Source: Dubosiella newyorkensis (GTDB taxonomy: Bacteria; Bacillota_I; Bacilli_A; Erysipelotrichales; Erysipelotrichaceae). Taken from it: a stretch of 32,000 nucleotides of DNA. The notes below the pieces were generated by a model that was not told the DNA's origin, ran no database searches, and saw only the letters and a program-made list of their open reading frames with translations. The translations under genes were made by a program, and so were the position numbers. Below, in pieces: positions 6,413 to 14,755 of this stretch. The DNA lies in contig NZ_MPKA01000065.1 in assembly GCF_001945605.1 (NCBI RefSeq), positions 1 through 32,000 on the forward strand. Direction: 5' to 3'. Position 1 is the stretch's first letter. Each line of letters opens with the position of its first letter.

Positions 6413-7696
6413 ATGATTATGGAAAAAAATTTAAAACATATTAAAATTCGAGAACCATATAAGTCGGCTTCTCCTTTCCTTTTTGGATTTTATGAAAAAA
6501 TTAAGCGAAAAGAATTGGGGTACTCATTAGATAATGTCTCCAAAGACTTATCCATCTCAAAAGGAAATTTGAGCGAAATGGAGAATGGACTCCGAATTAT
6601 GAAAATTGAGATCTTTCATCGTTTTTTGACTCGCTACAATATTGAATTTGCTGAAGATTTGAAATACTTAGTTGAAATGAGAGAGATTCTAATTCAGATT
6701 TTTGAAGCATTTTTAAGATTTAATCGTAAAAAACAAGAAAAAGTTCGAGAACAATTCGAAAGTATGGATAGAAGCTGGGAAAATACATCTGGCTTTTTAA
6801 TTGGTCTACTTATTGAGTATTTTATTCGATCTGTGTTAGATCATAAAAGTCAAGAAGACGTATTTGAGCTTTTAGTTTCGAGTGAAAGCTGCTTATCAAA
6901 TGATGAAAAAGCTCTATTATATATGATTCGTGGAATGGAAGGACGGCGGAATACAACATTTAAGAATAAGGAAACCTTCTTTGAACAAGCACTAAATTAT
7001 GTAGATGAGAAAGAAATGAATGATTTGGAAGCACTGATTGAGTATTATCAAATAATGGATGAAATTCGCTCGGGTTCTACTTTCGAGGTTTATACAAAAT
7101 GTAGTCAAGTGCGGAACAAATTTTATAACTCACATAATTATATTCGGGCTCTTTATCTTGATAATCTAGAAGCGGTAAGTATTACTTATTTAAGAGCTTA
7201 TTCAAGTGCTTATCGTCGATTTGAAACCTTACTTTACAATATGGAATATGTAGATGATCCTTATTTAAGATTTTGCGTTGTTCAAAATGCTATTTTGGTA
7301 CTATGTGTTCTGAAAGAATATAAAAAAGCTTTAGAATGGATGAAGAAGGAAAGAAATACTTTTTCTTATGGTTTGTCAAATTTTGTGTTCGCGCCATATT
7401 GTTTTTATATGTTAGATGATTTAGAAGAGGCGAATAATACGATTAAAAAGATCAAACCCTATGTAAAGGATCAAAGTGATCAACTTCTTTTGAACATTAT
7501 AAAATATGCGATTGAAAACAATGAAAATGCCTTTTTTGAAGATTCTCAACGATTGCTGATTTTGGATCAAAAAAACAAGAAGCAAGAAAATATAGAATTA
7601 ACATATCGTTTCATGATCTCCTTTTATAAAAAAAATGGCATTGAGTCAAGACAAATCAAATTACAAGAAGAATACATTTCGTTCTTAACAAGATAA
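6413..7696 (+). CDS. XRE-type HTH regulator with a long helical-repeat (TPR-like) C-terminal domain; RNPP/NprR-like
   Basis: 427 aa. The N-terminal LGYSLDNVSKDLSISKGNLSEMENGLRIMKIEIFHRFLTRYNIEF is an XRE HTH. The remaining ~350 aa are helical and rich in Y/L/E/K, as in TPR-type peptide-binding domains. Confidence 0.7.
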   Translation: MIMEKNLKHIKIREPYKSASPFLFGFYEKIKRKELGYSLDNVSKDLSISKGNLSEMENGLRIMKIEIFHRFLTRYNIEFAEDLKYLVEMREILIQIFEAFLRFNRKKQEKVREQFESMDRSWENTSGFLIGLLIEYFIRSVLDHKSQEDVFELLVSSESCLSNDEKALLYMIRGMEGRRNTTFKNKETFFEQALNYVDEKEMNDLEALIEYYQIMDEIRSGSTFEVYTKCSQVRNKFYNSHNYIRALYLDNLEAVSITYLRAYSSAYRRFETLLYNMEYVDDPYLRFCVVQNAILVLCVLKEYKKALEWMKKERNTFSYGLSNFVFAPYCFYMLDDLEEANNTIKKIKPYVKDQSDQLLLNIIKYAIENNENAFFEDSQRLLILDQKNKKQENIELTYRFMISFYKKNGIESRQIKLQEEYISFLTR

Positions 7697-7718
7697 AAGC
7701 TCCCATCAGGGAGCTTTT
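7695..7718. terminator. Bidirectional terminator shared by the regulator gene and ppdK
   Basis: AAAAGCTCCC-atca-GGGAGCTTTT between the convergent stops at 7696 and 7723. Confidence 0.7.
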
Positions 7719-7722
7719 GATT

Positions 7723-10356
7723 TTATGCTTTTTCGTTTTTGATCGTTGCTTGCGCTGCAGCCAAACGAGCGATCGGTACCCGGAATGGCGAGCAAGAAAC
7801 ATAGTTCAAGCCGACTTTATCGACAAATTCGATCGAAGCTGGGTCGCCGCCATGTTCACCGCAAACACCAAGCTTCATGTCTGGACGTGTCTTACGACCA
7901 AGATTCGCTGCCATTTCGATCAGCTTGCCAACACCGTTTTGGTCAAGACGAGCGAATGGATCGTTTTCGTAAATCTTAGCCGCATAATATTGAGGCAAGA
8001 ATTTACCAGCGTCATCGCGCGAGAATCCAAATGTGAGCTGCGTCAAGTCGTTCGTTCCAAAGGAGAAGAATTCCGCTTCTTCCGCGATCTCGTCAGCAAG
8101 AAGAGCCGCGCGAGGAACTTCGATCATCGTACCAACGTGGTATTTCATATCCGATCCTGCTTCTTTCAAGATCGCGTCCGCTGTCTCGGTAACGAGCTTT
8201 TTCACATATTTCAATTCCGCGAGATCGCCAATGAGAGGAAGCATGATCTCAGGTTCGATGTTCCATTCTGGATGTTTTTTATTCACATTCAGAGCCGCTT
8301 TGATCACAGCCGCTGTTTGCATTTTCGCGATACCAGGATTGGAAACATCCAAACGGGATCCACGATGACCCATCATAGGATTGACTTCGTGCAAGTTCGA
8401 GATCACTTGATTGAGCTCTGCTTCCGAAATATTCATTTCATTGGCAAGTTCTTTAATGTCTTCCGGATTTGTTGGCACGAATTCGTGAAGAGGTGGATCC
8501 AAGTAACGGATCGTGACTGGTCTTCCCTCCATCGCTTCATAAATACCTTCGAAATCTTTTTGCTGCATCGGTTCGAGCTTGTCGAGAGCCGCTTGCATTT
8601 GATCATCGTTTTTCGCGACGATCATTTCACGGATCGCTTTGATCTTATCGCCTTCGAAGAACATATGTTCTGTACGAACAAGACCAATGCCTTCCGCACC
8701 AAAATCGACCGCCTGTTTCGCGTCTTTTGGCGTATCCGCGTTCGTTCTCACTTTTAAACGACGACGTTTGTCAGCCCATTCCATGAAACGTTCAAAATCA
8801 CCAGAAATTTCAGCCGGAACCGTTTCGATCGCTTCGCCATATACATTTCCGGTCGAACCATCGATCGAGATCCAGTCGCCACGTTTGAACGTTTTTCCGT
8901 TCACTTTGAAGGATCCTTCTTCTTCGTTCATTTCAATATCGCCAGCGCCCGATACGCAGCAAGCGCCCATTCCACGAGCAACGACAGCCGCATGGCTCGT
9001 CATACCGCCACGCACTGTCAAGATTCCTTGCGAAACCGCCATACCTTCGATATCTTCTGGAGAAGTTTCTAAACGAACGAGAATGACTTTTTTGCCTTTA
9101 TCCGCTTCTTCTTTCGCTTCCTCGGCTGTGAATACGATTTGACCGCAACCTGCACCAGGCGATGCTGGAAGTGCACTTGTGATCACTTCGGCAGCTTCTA
9201 AAGCTTCTTTAGCAAATGTAGGATGCAACAAAGAATCAAGCTGTTGTGGTTCGACCATCATCAAAGCTTCATCTGTGCTGATCAAACCTTCATCCACCAT
9301 ATCGCAAGCGATCTTCAAAGCCGCCTGCGCGGTTCTTTTTCCATTTCGAGTCTGCAGCATGAAGAGCTTACCGTTTTCGATCGTAAACTCCATATCCTGC
9401 ATATTTTTATAATGATTTTCTAATTTCGAGCAAATTTCAACAAATTGATCGTAGGCAGTCGGAGAAACTTCCTTAAGCTGATCGATCTTCTTTGGAGTAC
9501 GAACACCCGCAACGACATCTTCGCCTTGCGCATTCATCAAGAATTCACCATACAATTTATTTTCCCCCGTTGCAGGGTTTCTCGTGAACGCGACACCTGT
9601 ACCACAGTCTTCGCCCATATTTCCAAAGACCATCATTTGTACGTTGACCGCTGTCCCCCAGTTTGAAGGAATATCGTTCATGCGGCGATAGTAGATCGCG
9701 CGCTCATTGTTCCAAGAACGGAATACCGCTTCGATCGCTTCCATCATCTGCGTTTTTGGATCCGTTGGGAAATCTTCTCCTAATTCAGAACGATAAAACT
9801 CTTTGAATTTCTCAACGAGCGTTTTCATATCGTCGGCTGTCAATTCCAAATCGTCCTTGATGCCTCTTTCCGCTTTGACTTCGTCGATGATCTCTTCAAA
9901 CCGTTTTTTCGAAAGGCCTTTTACGACATCCGCGAACATTTGGATAAAACGACGATACGAATCATACGCGAAACGCTCATTACCCGATTTTTCGGCGATC
10001 GTGTTGGCCACGACATCGTTGATCCCTAGATTCAAGATCGTATCCATCATTCCTGGCATGCTCGCACGCGCGCCAGAACGAACCGATACTAAAAGCGGAT
10101 TTTCTTGATCCCCGAATTTCTTCCCAGTCTCTTCTTCGAGTTTTTCAAGATATTCCATGATTTGGGCTTGGATCTCGTCACTGATGACTTCCCCATCATC
10201 ATAGTACTTATTGCAGGCTTCTGTCGTGATCGTGAATCCGTTTGGAACGGGCATTCCTAATTTTGACATTTCTGCCAAGTTGGCTCCTTTTCCCCCGAGG
10301 AGATTGCGCATGTTGGCATCACCCTCGTTGAACAAGTAAACATATTTAGTTTCCAT
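7723..10356 (-). CDS. ppdK: Pyruvate, phosphate dikinase
   Basis: 877 aa. N-terminal ATP-grasp LLGGKGANLAEM, phospho-His loop RGGMTSHAAVVARG, C-terminal PEP/pyruvate domain with CGEHGGDP. GGAGG-type RBS. Confidence 0.97.
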   Translation of the reverse strand: METKYVYLFNEGDANMRNLLGGKGANLAEMSKLGMPVPNGFTITTEACNKYYDDGEVISDEIQAQIMEYLEKLEEETGKKFGDQENPLLVSVRSGARASMPGMMDTILNLGINDVVANTIAEKSGNERFAYDSYRRFIQMFADVVKGLSKKRFEEIIDEVKAERGIKDDLELTADDMKTLVEKFKEFYRSELGEDFPTDPKTQMMEAIEAVFRSWNNERAIYYRRMNDIPSNWGTAVNVQMMVFGNMGEDCGTGVAFTRNPATGENKLYGEFLMNAQGEDVVAGVRTPKKIDQLKEVSPTAYDQFVEICSKLENHYKNMQDMEFTIENGKLFMLQTRNGKRTAQAALKIACDMVDEGLISTDEALMMVEPQQLDSLLHPTFAKEALEAAEVITSALPASPGAGCGQIVFTAEEAKEEADKGKKVILVRLETSPEDIEGMAVSQGILTVRGGMTSHAAVVARGMGACCVSGAGDIEMNEEEGSFKVNGKTFKRGDWISIDGSTGNVYGEAIETVPAEISGDFERFMEWADKRRRLKVRTNADTPKDAKQAVDFGAEGIGLVRTEHMFFEGDKIKAIREMIVAKNDDQMQAALDKLEPMQQKDFEGIYEAMEGRPVTIRYLDPPLHEFVPTNPEDIKELANEMNISEAELNQVISNLHEVNPMMGHRGSRLDVSNPGIAKMQTAAVIKAALNVNKKHPEWNIEPEIMLPLIGDLAELKYVKKLVTETADAILKEAGSDMKYHVGTMIEVPRAALLADEIAEEAEFFSFGTNDLTQLTFGFSRDDAGKFLPQYYAAKIYENDPFARLDQNGVGKLIEMAANLGRKTRPDMKLGVCGEHGGDPASIEFVDKVGLNYVSCSPFRVPIARLAAAQATIKNEKA

Positions 10357-10377
10357 GTTTTCCTCCCTTTATGTAAT

Positions 10378-10391
10378 TGTAACCGTTTACA
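10378..10391. promoter_or_regulatory. cre (CcpA-binding) box in the ppdK leader
   Basis: TGTAACCGTTTACA matches TGWAANCGNTNWCA on both strands. It lies between the predicted -10 and the RBS. Confidence 0.6.
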
Positions 10392-10399
10392 TCATAAGG

Positions 10400-10408
10400 A
10401 TTATACCA
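10400..10408 (-). promoter_or_regulatory. Extended -10 element of the ppdK promoter
   Basis: The minus strand reads TGGTATAAT (TGnTATAAT). A weak -35 (TTTTCA) lies 16 nt upstream. Confidence 0.45.
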
Positions 10409-10458
10409 TACTTTTCACAAATGAAAACCGTTTTTTGTTTTTTTCAATTGATATGCTC

Positions 10459-10489
10459 AAAAAAAGCCGGTTTTTTACCGGTTTTTTTT
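10459..10489. terminator. Terminator after the lactate dehydrogenase gene
   Basis: A7-G-CCGGT-ttttt-ACCGG-T8, immediately downstream of the stop at 10492. Confidence 0.6.
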
Positions 10490-10491
10490 AT

Positions 10492-11904
10492 TTATAATTG
10501 AGCAATTTTATGAGGGTTTAAAATATTTTTTGCATCAAATACTTGCTTGATCCCATTCATCAAATCAATATTGTCTTTCGCCAAACTTTCTTTGAGATAC
10601 ATCTTCTTTGCATATCCGATACCATGCTCGCCAGACACTTGCCCATTGAGCTCTCTTGCTTTGGCATAAATAAGATCCATCGCTTTGTTCAAACGCTTTT
10701 CCCATTCTTCGTCGCTCAAGTTATCTTTCAGCATATAGGCATGCAAATTTCCGTCCCCCGCATGTCCAAAACTTTTGATCCTTAATCCAACTTCGCGCTG
10801 GATCGAATGCAGGTATTCGACCATGTCATTGACATAGCTTCTAGGCACGACCATATCGACCTCGTCCATATATGTAGTCGATCCTTTGATCGCTTCCAAA
10901 AACGCGCCTCTAGCCTTCCAGATCGACTCGTCGCGCTCGGCGGTATCCGAGATCAAGACATCCAAAGCACCCTCTTCCAAGCAAAGATCCGCGACTTTTG
11001 CATACGCCCGCTCGATCTCATCTTGCGAATTGCCATCAAATTTCAACAACAAATACGCTTCGCTTTGATGGTCCGGGAACGCTTTGCCAAGATACTCTTC
11101 CGCGTCCTCGATGACTTCTTTTTGCATAAATTCGATCGCGGTCGGGATCGCCTTCGATTTTATGATCTTTGGTACGGTCTGGATCGCCTTTTCAAGCGAA
11201 GGGAACGGAATCAACAAAGAAATCGTTTTCTTAGGGAGCGGTAATAGCTTCAAGATCGCCTTCGTGACGATTCCTAGCGTACCTTCTGAACCGATGATCA
11301 GATCTTTCAAATCGTATCCAGAAGAGTTTTTCACGACTTTGCCGCCAAACTCTACGATATCCCCATTCGGAAGGACGACTTCGAGCCCACGAACGAAATC
11401 GCGCGTAACTCCATATTTAACAGCCCGCATTCCACCTGCGTTGGTGGAAATGTTGCCACCGATCGTCGCCGATTTTTCACCGGGATCTGGTGGATAGAAC
11501 AAGTCATGATCTTCTACGAAAGCCGTAAGATCCATCAACAAAACACCCGGCTCGACTGTCAACGTCAAATTCTCTTCATCAAGCTCCAATATGTTGTTCA
11601 TCAAAGAAAGGTCGAGAATGATTCCATGCTCCATCGGCACACATGATCCAACTAAACCTGTCCCAGAACCTCTAGCCGTGACAGGGATCGAATGCTCGTA
11701 GGCATATTTCATGACGGCCGAAACTTCATTCGCAGAAACTGGCTTAATGACAAGTTCTGGCCAAGAAGATGTCCCGCCAAGTTCATCGTGACTGTAATCT
11801 TCAGAAATCTGCTCTTTCCAAAGCATCCGCTGCTCTTCTCCAATCAACGCTCTTAAATTTAAAACATCGTTTTCATCGATCGTATGATATGTCCAGTTAG
11901 GCAT
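10492..11904 (-). CDS. lctD: FAD-linked oxidase (GlcD family); predicted Etf-dependent lactate dehydrogenase
   Basis: 470 aa with FAD-binding PCMH-type domain motifs ([19 protein letters not shown]) and a C-terminal GEHGIG. AAAGGAG RBS. It overlaps etfA by 8 nt. The context matches the lctBCD clusters of anaerobic Firmicutes. Confidence 0.8.
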   Translation of the reverse strand: MPNWTYHTIDENDVLNLRALIGEEQRMLWKEQISEDYSHDELGGTSSWPELVIKPVSANEVSAVMKYAYEHSIPVTARGSGTGLVGSCVPMEHGIILDLSLMNNILELDEENLTLTVEPGVLLMDLTAFVEDHDLFYPPDPGEKSATIGGNISTNAGGMRAVKYGVTRDFVRGLEVVLPNGDIVEFGGKVVKNSSGYDLKDLIIGSEGTLGIVTKAILKLLPLPKKTISLLIPFPSLEKAIQTVPKIIKSKAIPTAIEFMQKEVIEDAEEYLGKAFPDHQSEAYLLLKFDGNSQDEIERAYAKVADLCLEEGALDVLISDTAERDESIWKARGAFLEAIKGSTTYMDEVDMVVPRSYVNDMVEYLHSIQREVGLRIKSFGHAGDGNLHAYMLKDNLSDEEWEKRLNKAMDLIYAKARELNGQVSGEHGIGYAKKMYLKESLAKDNIDLMNGIKQVFDAKNILNPHKIAQL

Positions 11905-13099
11905 TTTGTACTCCTTTCTTTGCTTCTATTTTCTCGATCAAAGATGGGACGATCTCGTACAGATCGCCGACCAATCCATAATTCGCGTTTTTAAAGATCG
12001 GCGCGTCAGGATCCATATCGATCGCTACGATTTGATCCGAATGGTCCATTCCTGCCGTGAATTGGATCGCGCCCGATACGCCGCAGGTGATGATCAATTT
12101 AGGACGGACGGTTCTTCCAGAAAGACCAATTTGTTGTTTGGCGCTCATAAAGCCATTCTCTACAAGAGGACGAGTGCAGGCAAGTTTTCCATGCAGAAGG
12201 TCGGCGAGTTTTTGAAGCATTTCTAGATCGCTTTCATTTTTTACGCCACGTCCTGCTACCACAAGGACATCCGCGCTTTCGATCGATTCTTCCGCTTCTT
12301 TTTTCAAAATATCGAGGACCTCGATCTGGCTGTCGACCATCGAATTGGTGGATGCGCAATCAATGATGATCCCTTCCTCTTCGTCTTTTCTTTCTGGGGC
12401 GTTCATGATCTTATAACGAACGGTCGCCATTTGCGGACGATGATTTGGCGTTTTGATGTGCGCCATGATATTACCGCCAAAAGCAGGACGGATCTGGTTA
12501 AGATCGCTATTGTCTTCCATTTCGAGAATCGTGCAATCCGCTGTAAGACCTGTCTTCATTCGAGCGGCGACTCTTGGCGCTAATTGTCGTCCGATCGTTG
12601 TCGCACCCACTAAGATCGAAGATGGTTTATGTTTTTGAATAAAGTCTTCGAACACATTCGTGTACGCATCGATCTTAAAACGATCCAATCGTTCATCATC
12701 ATAAACATACACTTCGTCCGCACCATAATGGAGGAGCTCATGGGCTAGATCCGATACATTCGATCCGATCAGCAAGGCTTGTACTGGCTGATCGATCACG
12801 TGAGCCATATCTTTGGCTTTTCCAAGCAATTCGAAGGTAACAGGATGGATCGCGCCATCGACTTGATCGACATATACACAGATCCCGTTCCAGACACTTT
12901 TATCGATTTGTGGCTGCACTTGATCTTCCACGAATTCGACAGCGCCTTTCGGTCCTTTGCGAACGCACAACTTGCACATTTTGCAGCCAGCGTTGATATT
13001 CAATCCATCTGCTGTCATTTCCATAGCTTTGAAAGGACAAAGATCGATCAACACTTGAGGGTCATCTATATTTTCTGGATGAAGGACTAGTTTTGCCAT
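11897..13099 (-). CDS. etfA: Electron transfer flavoprotein alpha subunit with an N-terminal ferredoxin-like 4Fe-4S domain
   Basis: Start at ATG 13099 (AAAGGAG, 6 nt, ATG). Cys pattern CPFKAM...CKMCKLC in the first 60 aa, then an EtfA fold ([32 protein letters not shown]). Confidence 0.9.
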   Translation of the reverse strand: MAKLVLHPENIDDPQVLIDLCPFKAMEMTADGLNINAGCKMCKLCVRKGPKGAVEFVEDQVQPQIDKSVWNGICVYVDQVDGAIHPVTFELLGKAKDMAHVIDQPVQALLIGSNVSDLAHELLHYGADEVYVYDDERLDRFKIDAYTNVFEDFIQKHKPSSILVGATTIGRQLAPRVAARMKTGLTADCTILEMEDNSDLNQIRPAFGGNIMAHIKTPNHRPQMATVRYKIMNAPERKDEEEGIIIDCASTNSMVDSQIEVLDILKKEAEESIESADVLVVAGRGVKNESDLEMLQKLADLLHGKLACTRPLVENGFMSAKQQIGLSGRTVRPKLIITCGVSGAIQFTAGMDHSDQIVAIDMDPDAPIFKNANYGLVGDLYEIVPSLIEKIEAKKGVQNA

Positions 13100-13112
13100 A
13101 ACGAACTCCTTT

Positions 13113-13901
13113 CTAGACAAATTTTAATTCTTCGATTTTATGGAACAATTGATCCGCTAAAACAGCTGAACTTCCATCCCACATTTCTTTTTCTTTTGAA
13201 GAAGTTGGTGGGAAGATCCTTTGAACTTGGGTCGGAGATCCGTTCAATCCATAGTGGGACGCGTCTGTATCTTCCATATCTTTTAAACTCAATACTTTGA
13301 TTTCACGATCTTTCGTCGCTTTCTTTTTCACATACGAAGGCAGACGAGGCATAAAGATATCTTGATCGACCGACAGAAGACATGGAAGCGAAATCTTGGC
13401 CACTTCAACTTCTTGTGGTAGATCCATCGAGATCGTGATCGAATCATCATGGACTTCTTTGATCTCTAATACATTATTCACACTTGGGATCTGCAGCCAT
13501 TCTGCGATTTCGGCTCCAACTTGGGCCGTATCGCCATCAATGGTCTGCTTACCGCATAAGATCAAATCATAATTTCCGCTCGACTTGATTCCTTGCGATA
13601 ATGTATAGCTTGTCGCCAACACATCCGCTCCGCCAAAGGAACGATCAGAAACGAGGATTCCATGATCAGCTCCCATCGCGAAGGCTTCACGGATCACTTC
13701 TTGCGCTTGTGGAGGCCCCATCGAGATCACATCGACGACCCCTCCCATTTTCTCTTGGATACGGAATGCCGTCTCTAAAGCATAAAGATCGTACGGATTC
13801 ATCTTTGAAGCGGCGCCGTCACGCTTGATTACACCAGTAACTGGATCCACTTCCACCTTATTGCTTTCAGGAACTTGTTTGATACAAACTAGAATATTCA
13901 T
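13113..13901 (-). CDS. etfB: Electron transfer flavoprotein beta subunit
   Basis: Start at ATG 13901 (AAGGAG, 6 nt, ATG). MNILVCIKQVPE..., NPYDLYALE and LILCGKQTIDGDTAQVG. Confidence 0.9.
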   Translation of the reverse strand: MNILVCIKQVPESNKVEVDPVTGVIKRDGAASKMNPYDLYALETAFRIQEKMGGVVDVISMGPPQAQEVIREAFAMGADHGILVSDRSFGGADVLATSYTLSQGIKSSGNYDLILCGKQTIDGDTAQVGAEIAEWLQIPSVNNVLEIKEVHDDSITISMDLPQEVEVAKISLPCLLSVDQDIFMPRLPSYVKKKATKDREIKVLSLKDMEDTDASHYGLNGSPTQVQRIFPPTSSKEKEMWDGSSAVLADQLFHKIEELKFV

Positions 13902-13925
13902 GTCTACTCCTTTCATATTATGCTA

Positions 13926-13939
13926 TGGTAGCGCTTACA
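13926..13939. promoter_or_regulatory. cre-like box just upstream of etfB
   Basis: The minus strand reads aTGTAAGCGCTACCa. It fits WTGNAANCGNWNNCW completely and TGWAANCGNTNWCA at 13 of 14 positions. Confidence 0.5.
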
Positions 13940-13977
13940 TTGAAGTTCTAAATAAAGAGCCTCGAAGGCTCGTTTGT

Positions 13978-14007
13978 ATTCTATTTATTGGTCCTACCAA
14001 TTTACAA
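13978..14007 (-). promoter_or_regulatory. Putative lctBCD promoter with an LldR/FadR-type operator in the spacer
   Basis: Minus strand: TTGTAA (14002-14007), 18 nt, TAGAAT (13978-13983). The spacer holds the perfect palindrome ATTGGTaggACCAAT (13987-14001), i.e. a TGGTnnnACCA core. Confidence 0.5.
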
Positions 14008-14010
14008 CTA

Positions 14011-14044
14011 TAAAATACCCCTTGCTTCTTTCAAAAGCAAGGGG
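14011..14044 (-). terminator. Terminator after the GntR-family regulator gene
   Basis: 10-bp stem CCCCTTGCTT / AAGCAAGGGG with a 7-nt loop, followed on the minus strand by TATTTTAT. Confidence 0.65.
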
Positions 14045-14075
14045 TTTAACCGTAAAAGTGTAAGCGGTTTCTTGA

Positions 14076-14753
14076 CTATTTTTTATATTGTTCGATGTAT
14101 CCAAAATGGTCATGCAAGCCTTGCAGACTTAAATCAAGATCGCTTTGGATCAAGCCTTCGACCATTTTTCGATGGGCCTCCTCCAAAAGATGTGAGCTCT
14201 CCATGCCTCTTACGATCCTTTGACGCATCGATTTGATATGAGAATCCATGAAGCTCGTGAACGCGTTATAGTTGGCGATCAAAAAATCGTTTCCGCACGC
14301 GTTGACGATCGTCGAATGCAGCATCTGGTCGTATTGGATCTTTTCTTCTTCGTTTTTTGAAGCGATCAAAGCCGAGAGATTCGTTTTGAGCGCTTTGATA
14401 TCCTCTTCTTTCATACGGTGGAGCGAAAGCTTGAGCGCTTCTTCTTCGATCATCCATCGAAACTCGATGACTTGTTCTTCATCGATCCCTTTTAGAAAAT
14501 ACATAAAAGAAAGCATTTCAGACATCGTCTCATCAAAATTCAAAGAAATATAATTACCGGAACCTTGAACAGGCGTAATGATCCCAATATTTTCAAGGAC
14601 GCGAAGACCTTCTCGGATCGAGTTGCGGCTCATCGACAACGAACTAGCAAGCTCGCGTTCAGTAGGAAGCTTACTTCCAGGTAACAATCTTCCTTGAACG
14701 ATTTCATTTTTTATATACGAAACGACTTTATTGTGTAGTTTGCTTGTATCCAT
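14076..14753 (-). CDS. GntR/FadR-family transcriptional regulator (LldR/LctA-like)
   Basis: Start at ATG 14753 (MDTSKLHNKVVSYIKNEIVQGRLLPGSKLPTERELASSLSMSRNSIREGLRVLE is a GntR winged HTH). The C-terminus is helical and FCD-like. It sits upstream of etfBA plus the GlcD-type dehydrogenase. Confidence 0.85.
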   Translation of the reverse strand: MDTSKLHNKVVSYIKNEIVQGRLLPGSKLPTERELASSLSMSRNSIREGLRVLENIGIITPVQGSGNYISLNFDETMSEMLSFMYFLKGIDEEQVIEFRWMIEEEALKLSLHRMKEEDIKALKTNLSALIASKNEEEKIQYDQMLHSTIVNACGNDFLIANYNAFTSFMDSHIKSMRQRIVRGMESSHLLEEAHRKMVEGLIQSDLDLSLQGLHDHFGYIEQYKK

Positions 14754-14755
14754 GC

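Larger units (their letters stand above)
5458..7722. other. AT-rich, GATC-poor islet; probably horizontally acquired
   Basis: Sampled lines are ~30-37% GC against ~42-52% in the flanks. I count 13 GATC in 5461-7700 against ~19 per kb in flanking genes. Hairpins bracket it at 5478-5508 and 7695-7718. Confidence 0.6.

Noticed and set aside
7717-8757. 346-aa plus-strand ORF, plus several 70-170-aa ORFs (8033-8368, 8639-9142, 9803-10108), antisense to ppdK.
   Set aside because: They lie entirely inside the high-confidence ppdK gene. Their translations are low-complexity and rich in R, F, H and S (typical of reading a biased gene backwards). They lack RBS signals and recognisable motifs.
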